Assembly (NCBI GenBank): GCA_012295275.1 | Contig: CM022672.1 | Coordinates: forward strand, 9,176,001-9,240,000 | DNA: 64,000 nucleotides | Direction of reading: 5' to 3' | Origin: Chrysomallon squamiferum | Lineage: Eukaryota; Animalia; Mollusca | Part shown: piece after piece, positions 59,535 to 64,000 of the stretch | How positions within the stretch are numbered: the first letter of the stretch is position 1 | Layout: each line of letters begins with the position of its first letter | Translations under genes and position numbers: made by a program | Notes under the pieces: generated by a model | The model's input: only the letters and a program-made list of their open reading frames with translations | Databases searched by the model: none | Told to the model about the DNA's origin: nothing

Positions 59535-60160
59535 TTTTATTGTGTTGTGTTTTGTCAATATTGTTTTGTGGTGTGTTGTGTTCTGTGGTGAATGTTGTGT
59601 TGTACTGTGTTGAGTTGTTATCTGTTTTGTTTTTTATTGCTGCGCTGTGTGTGTTTTGTGTTTTATGTTCTTGTGTCTTGTGTTGTACTGAGTTATAGGT
59701 GTTTATTCGTTCTGTTAGTTTTAGTTTTGTGGTGTGTTGTCTTACTTTCTTATATGTGTTCTATGTATTGCAGTATGTTGTTTTGTATGGTGACGTTTTT
59801 ATTTTATTGTATTGCATTATGTGTATTGTTTTTGTATTGTATTGTTTGTGTTATTTATGTCGTATTATGTTGTTTGTGTTCTATGCTATTTATTGTTTTA
59901 TCCATCTTTTGTTGTCTTTTTTGTGTTGTGTTGTGTATTGTGCCATATGTGGTACTGAGCTATTTCATATGTTGCTTTCTGATGTGGTGTGCGTTGTTTT
60001 CTATACTGCATAATATTTGAATGAATATTATTAAAGCGTACTTCATTTAATGCATTTTATGTGTATTATATAGTGTTTGTTGTGTTGTTTGTATGTTTGT
60101 GGTGGTTTTTTGTATTGCTTGTCTTCTTTTGTTATGTATATTATGTGTCTGCATGTTGTG
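59535..60160. repeat. Degenerate TGTGT/TGTAT/TGTTT pentamer-based low-complexity tract
   Basis: Direct reading; a complementary-type tract (ACAAC/ACAAT) lies at about 47180-47425. Confidence 0.75.
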
Positions 60161-60192
60161 GGTCTATGCCAACATCTCAGCTGGATTTCATT

Positions 60193-60343
60193 ATTAGGAA
60201 AGACTTTTCACTCTAGTGGGTATGTTTCATGCATCGATGAGTGTAACCCTACACACGTAAAATGGACGTTTCAATAAATAAATGAATAAACGGATCAGAC
60301 TGAACACTATACTTTATATTTTATTCTACGAGTCTCGTGATGA
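60193..60343 (-). mobile_element. Dispersed repeat fragment, copy 2 (inverted relative to 45088-45238)
   Basis: Reverse complement aligns end to end with copy 1. Confidence 0.7.
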
Positions 60344-60832
60344 GAGAGCAGTATTTGAATTATGTATCAGCAGCGCAAAGGAATGTATATGGTATTACAA
60401 AATAACACGTAAATGAGTTTGATTTGTATATGCAAAATAAGAATAAAGCGGGTCTCTGTTTGACAAAAAATAAAACTGTACAATAATTTAAGTGACATCT
60501 CTTAGGCTTTATCTGACTGAGAAGATCCAAACAGTAGCTTTGTTTTAACTTAAACTTAGCCCTGTTGGTAATGCAGAAATAACAGAAATACACTATGTGC
60601 AGTTGTTCTGTGTGTATGTGTGTGTGTATCTTTGTGTGTGTATGTGTTAAAAATGAACATTAAACTGTTCATGTTTACATATGAGTTTTGAAAATGAAGT
60701 GTTTGGGCGTATGACTGTGTGCATGTGTATGTACGAAAGCATGAAAGTATATATGTATATGTGTGTATTGCTTTGTATATATGTCATAAATGAATACATA
60801 TATATATACACAATGCATACATACATACATAC

Positions 60833-60877
<45 letters not shown>

Positions 60878-61488
60878 CACACACACATACATACTGTATG
60901 TATACATATATACTGTATATTGGGACTGGTATATATTTGTATTGCGTTTTGTGTGCATCAAAAAGTAATCAGAAAAACACAAAACGTATATATACGTGTA
61001 GATGTGCGAGCTTGTGTGTCTCTCTAGATGACTTCTGTTAAACTTTAAACATAACTTTATTATCATACCGCAACTAGCAGTATTCCGTTTTCCTATCATT
61101 CTCTAGGGACAAGAGCTAATTTGATTTAATTTTCCAATTCATTTGGAAGTGCATACTGTCTTGAGAATAGAAACTTCCCACAGTCCCCGTGTACTAACTG
61201 AATCAATTTCAACTCTGAAAAGTAGAAAAACCAACAGTGACGATGACTCATTTTTTTCTTTTACAGATACAATTTATTTATTGGTATTTTATGAATGATT
61301 GTTGTTTCTAGGTGTATAAATACATGCACGCACACATGCACACGCATAAGCGTTTAGTTTTGTTTTGCGGACATCTCGAAGCACAGTTTATGTTATGTAT
61401 GCATGTGTATATGTATGTATGTATGTATGTATGCATGTATGTATATATATATATGAATGTATGCATGCATATGTGTGAGTATGTCTTG

Positions 61489-61542
<54 letters not shown>

Positions 61543-62177
61543 CATATAAACCCACACACACACACATACACTTATATACATATATACATACAGACGTGTT
61601 TATATGTCTGTAAGAACAGCTAATAATGGAGCATATATACATAAATTTGTAGTCGATAAGTGGTAATACGTTTCATAAATGTTATATCAAATATATCACA
61701 AGACAAATATTAAAACTAAATCTTTACTTAGAAGAATTGTTATAAACCTTTAGCCAAAAACCAGGACTGAAAAACTCGCACTAGCGATAATAAAAGTGGA
61801 TGTTTACATTATAAGCCAGTCTGTACGTAATTATAATGAGCGAGAGACGGTAATAATAGTTGTAATCGTATTTACAGGAACGATTTATAGGAAACTTAGC
61901 GATAAAACTAATGACAGAGGTATGAATTACAGTGTTAGCGGCAGCAAAGCCATACTGATAGCGATAATGTTGATTTTTGTTTCCTTCGTAACACAAATGT
62001 TCTGATTATGACAGAGAAAAACATCTATTATTGAATTATATATAATAATTACAACGATGTTTTCGAAACATACCGTTAACTATTGAGGCTTTTTTTTTCT
62101 CTCCTCTTTTTTCTTATACATTTTTTTCTTCATATTCTTCTTTTTCTTCTTTTAATAGTTTTATTATTAATACCATT

Positions 62178-62225
<48 letters not shown>

Positions 62226-64000
62226 TTCGTCTTCATCGTCACCATCATTATTATTAAAATTTTATTATTTCTAACTCTACTCTTCTTCTTTTCTTCTTCT
62301 TCTTATTATTATTCTCTCTAAATTAATTTTCTTGTTAAAAAAAAAAACATATAAAAATATAAATATATATATATATAAAATGACAGTAAAATATATTGTA
62401 TAAATTACGTCTTTCGTACACACGCGTTAATTAAACAGCAATAAGAGAAGAAAACTGATACGACAGCCGAGGATCCCATTGACCGATACCGGAATAGACG
62501 TTGGCCATTACACGTGATCAATGTCAAAATCAATGTGTTCTGTCGAGAGAATGATGTCCAGCAAATTGCCAGAAATGGTTCATTCTTCCGCGCCAACGAG
62601 AAACAGTTTCCCGTATTTAACTTTCATTCCAACTCTGGGGAACCACAACCTTTAACTAAACCGGACTGCATACTGAGCGATTTCTTCGATTGACCGAGTT
62701 ATCTCTTACAGAGAGAAAGGTTTAAGTGAGGATCTCGCCACGAAGATTGGAAAACGTCTTCTTCTTCTTTTTTTTTTTTTTTTTTTTTTTTTTGTTTTCA
62801 TTTCTTTCTCTAAAGACAACGAGAGACACGAGAAACACGAGTTCGTTCGTGAAACGACATCACGTAAAAACCGATTGGGGCTATTTATATTGATTGAGCA
62901 ACCTTCAAACATTTTGTCTGCAAGAATTTCCAATTTCCTTCCCTGATAACCTTGCTGGAGGGACATGATTAGATTTGCAAAGAAAAGTCTGTTTCGAGTG
63001 GGGAGAACACCTACAGATAATGCCCAGGTTGAACAAACAATTGGATTTAGTCAATCGATCGGAGCACTCGGGGCACAAATTCCATTGTAATCATATTAAT
63101 CTTCAAATTTTAAAGTGGCTGATTGATGCACATTTGACCTCGGCCCTTCCCCCATGCAGTGCGATGATGTTAAACATGCCACCCAAGGAGAGGGTCTCTG
63201 CGATTAAGGCTCAGTGTTTGTGGCGATGTTTTTCTACAATAAACGTCTATTTAATTAGGATTATGGAAACGTTTACCGTCTGGCCGACTATCGAGGAAGA
63301 GGAGGAAGGCGAAGTCTCCCAGCAAACAGAGGAGGAGAGGTATGAAACTAATGTTAGAGTTTGTGAAATTGTTTCACTTCACCAGTCATGTTACTTTATG
63401 AATATGGTAGTTTTTTTTTTGCATTTCAATCTGATTATTTTTAATGTAACTAATTATGTTAGTGCGTGTAAATGTATGTAAATATGTGCTTATGTATTTA
63501 TTTATTAATCTATGAATGTATATGTATGTAAATATGCACTAATCTACGTATGAATCTATGTTTTTATGTAAGTACGTACGTTTGTTTACTTACTGTTTGT
63601 ATGAACATAAATACTTAAATACATATGAGATAATAGCATATTTCATTTCAGACGGTATAACATATACGTATACCTAGCTATTAAATAATTTAACGTTCCT
63701 TCACACGTGTGTGTGTGTCTGCGTAGAGTAATTACCTAACTTTAAGTTAACTGTCTGACAATAAACAGCTGATCAATATTTCAGTGAAACAAAGATGTAA
63801 TTTTCTTCTCACTGTAAACAGTTGTTTAGTTTCGTGGGAACTGAAGAACGATTATATTTTAATTCTGAATGTCAGTTTAATTCCAGTGTTTAGTAATTGG
63901 TGTGTGTCAGCATGTATTTTGTATGTGTGTGTGTGTGTCTCATTGTATGTGTTTGTTTCTGATAGTGTTTGTACGTGTCTGTGTACATGTGTCGGCGTGT

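Noticed and set aside
62975-63481. 168-aa ORF with TTG start
   Set aside because: No recognisable domain and enhancer-like composition; only its short acidic part is kept as a weak exon candidate.

Overview
AT-rich, microsatellite-saturated animal genomic DNA (probably a lophotrochozoan such as a mollusc; the taxon is inferred, not proven). Two + strand genes are supported. (1) An intact two-exon NK1/slouch homeobox gene (10334-10721 joined to 15259-15806, 311 aa) with an eh1 motif and a TATA/NRF1-type promoter. (2) About 25 kb downstream, an unusual 'mini-filamin' gene (about 41.4-53.8 kb): a filamin CH2-type domain, one filamin Ig repeat, about 800 aa of low-complexity linker and a C-terminal repeat resembling the filamin dimerisation repeat. 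Its giant exon is broken by a +1 frame change confined to a few bases (ATA AAA ATC TGA, 51997-52008), just after a DKSTQV LC8-type motif. This is either an assembly indel, a real lesion, or programmed +1 frameshifting, and the 5' end of the gene has a second frame inconsistency. The rest is a gene desert of short GC-richer enhancer-like islands, microsatellites, three degenerate minisatellites, local duplications and an inverted pair of about 150-bp dispersed repeats. Most ORFs in the supplied track are microsatellite artefacts.
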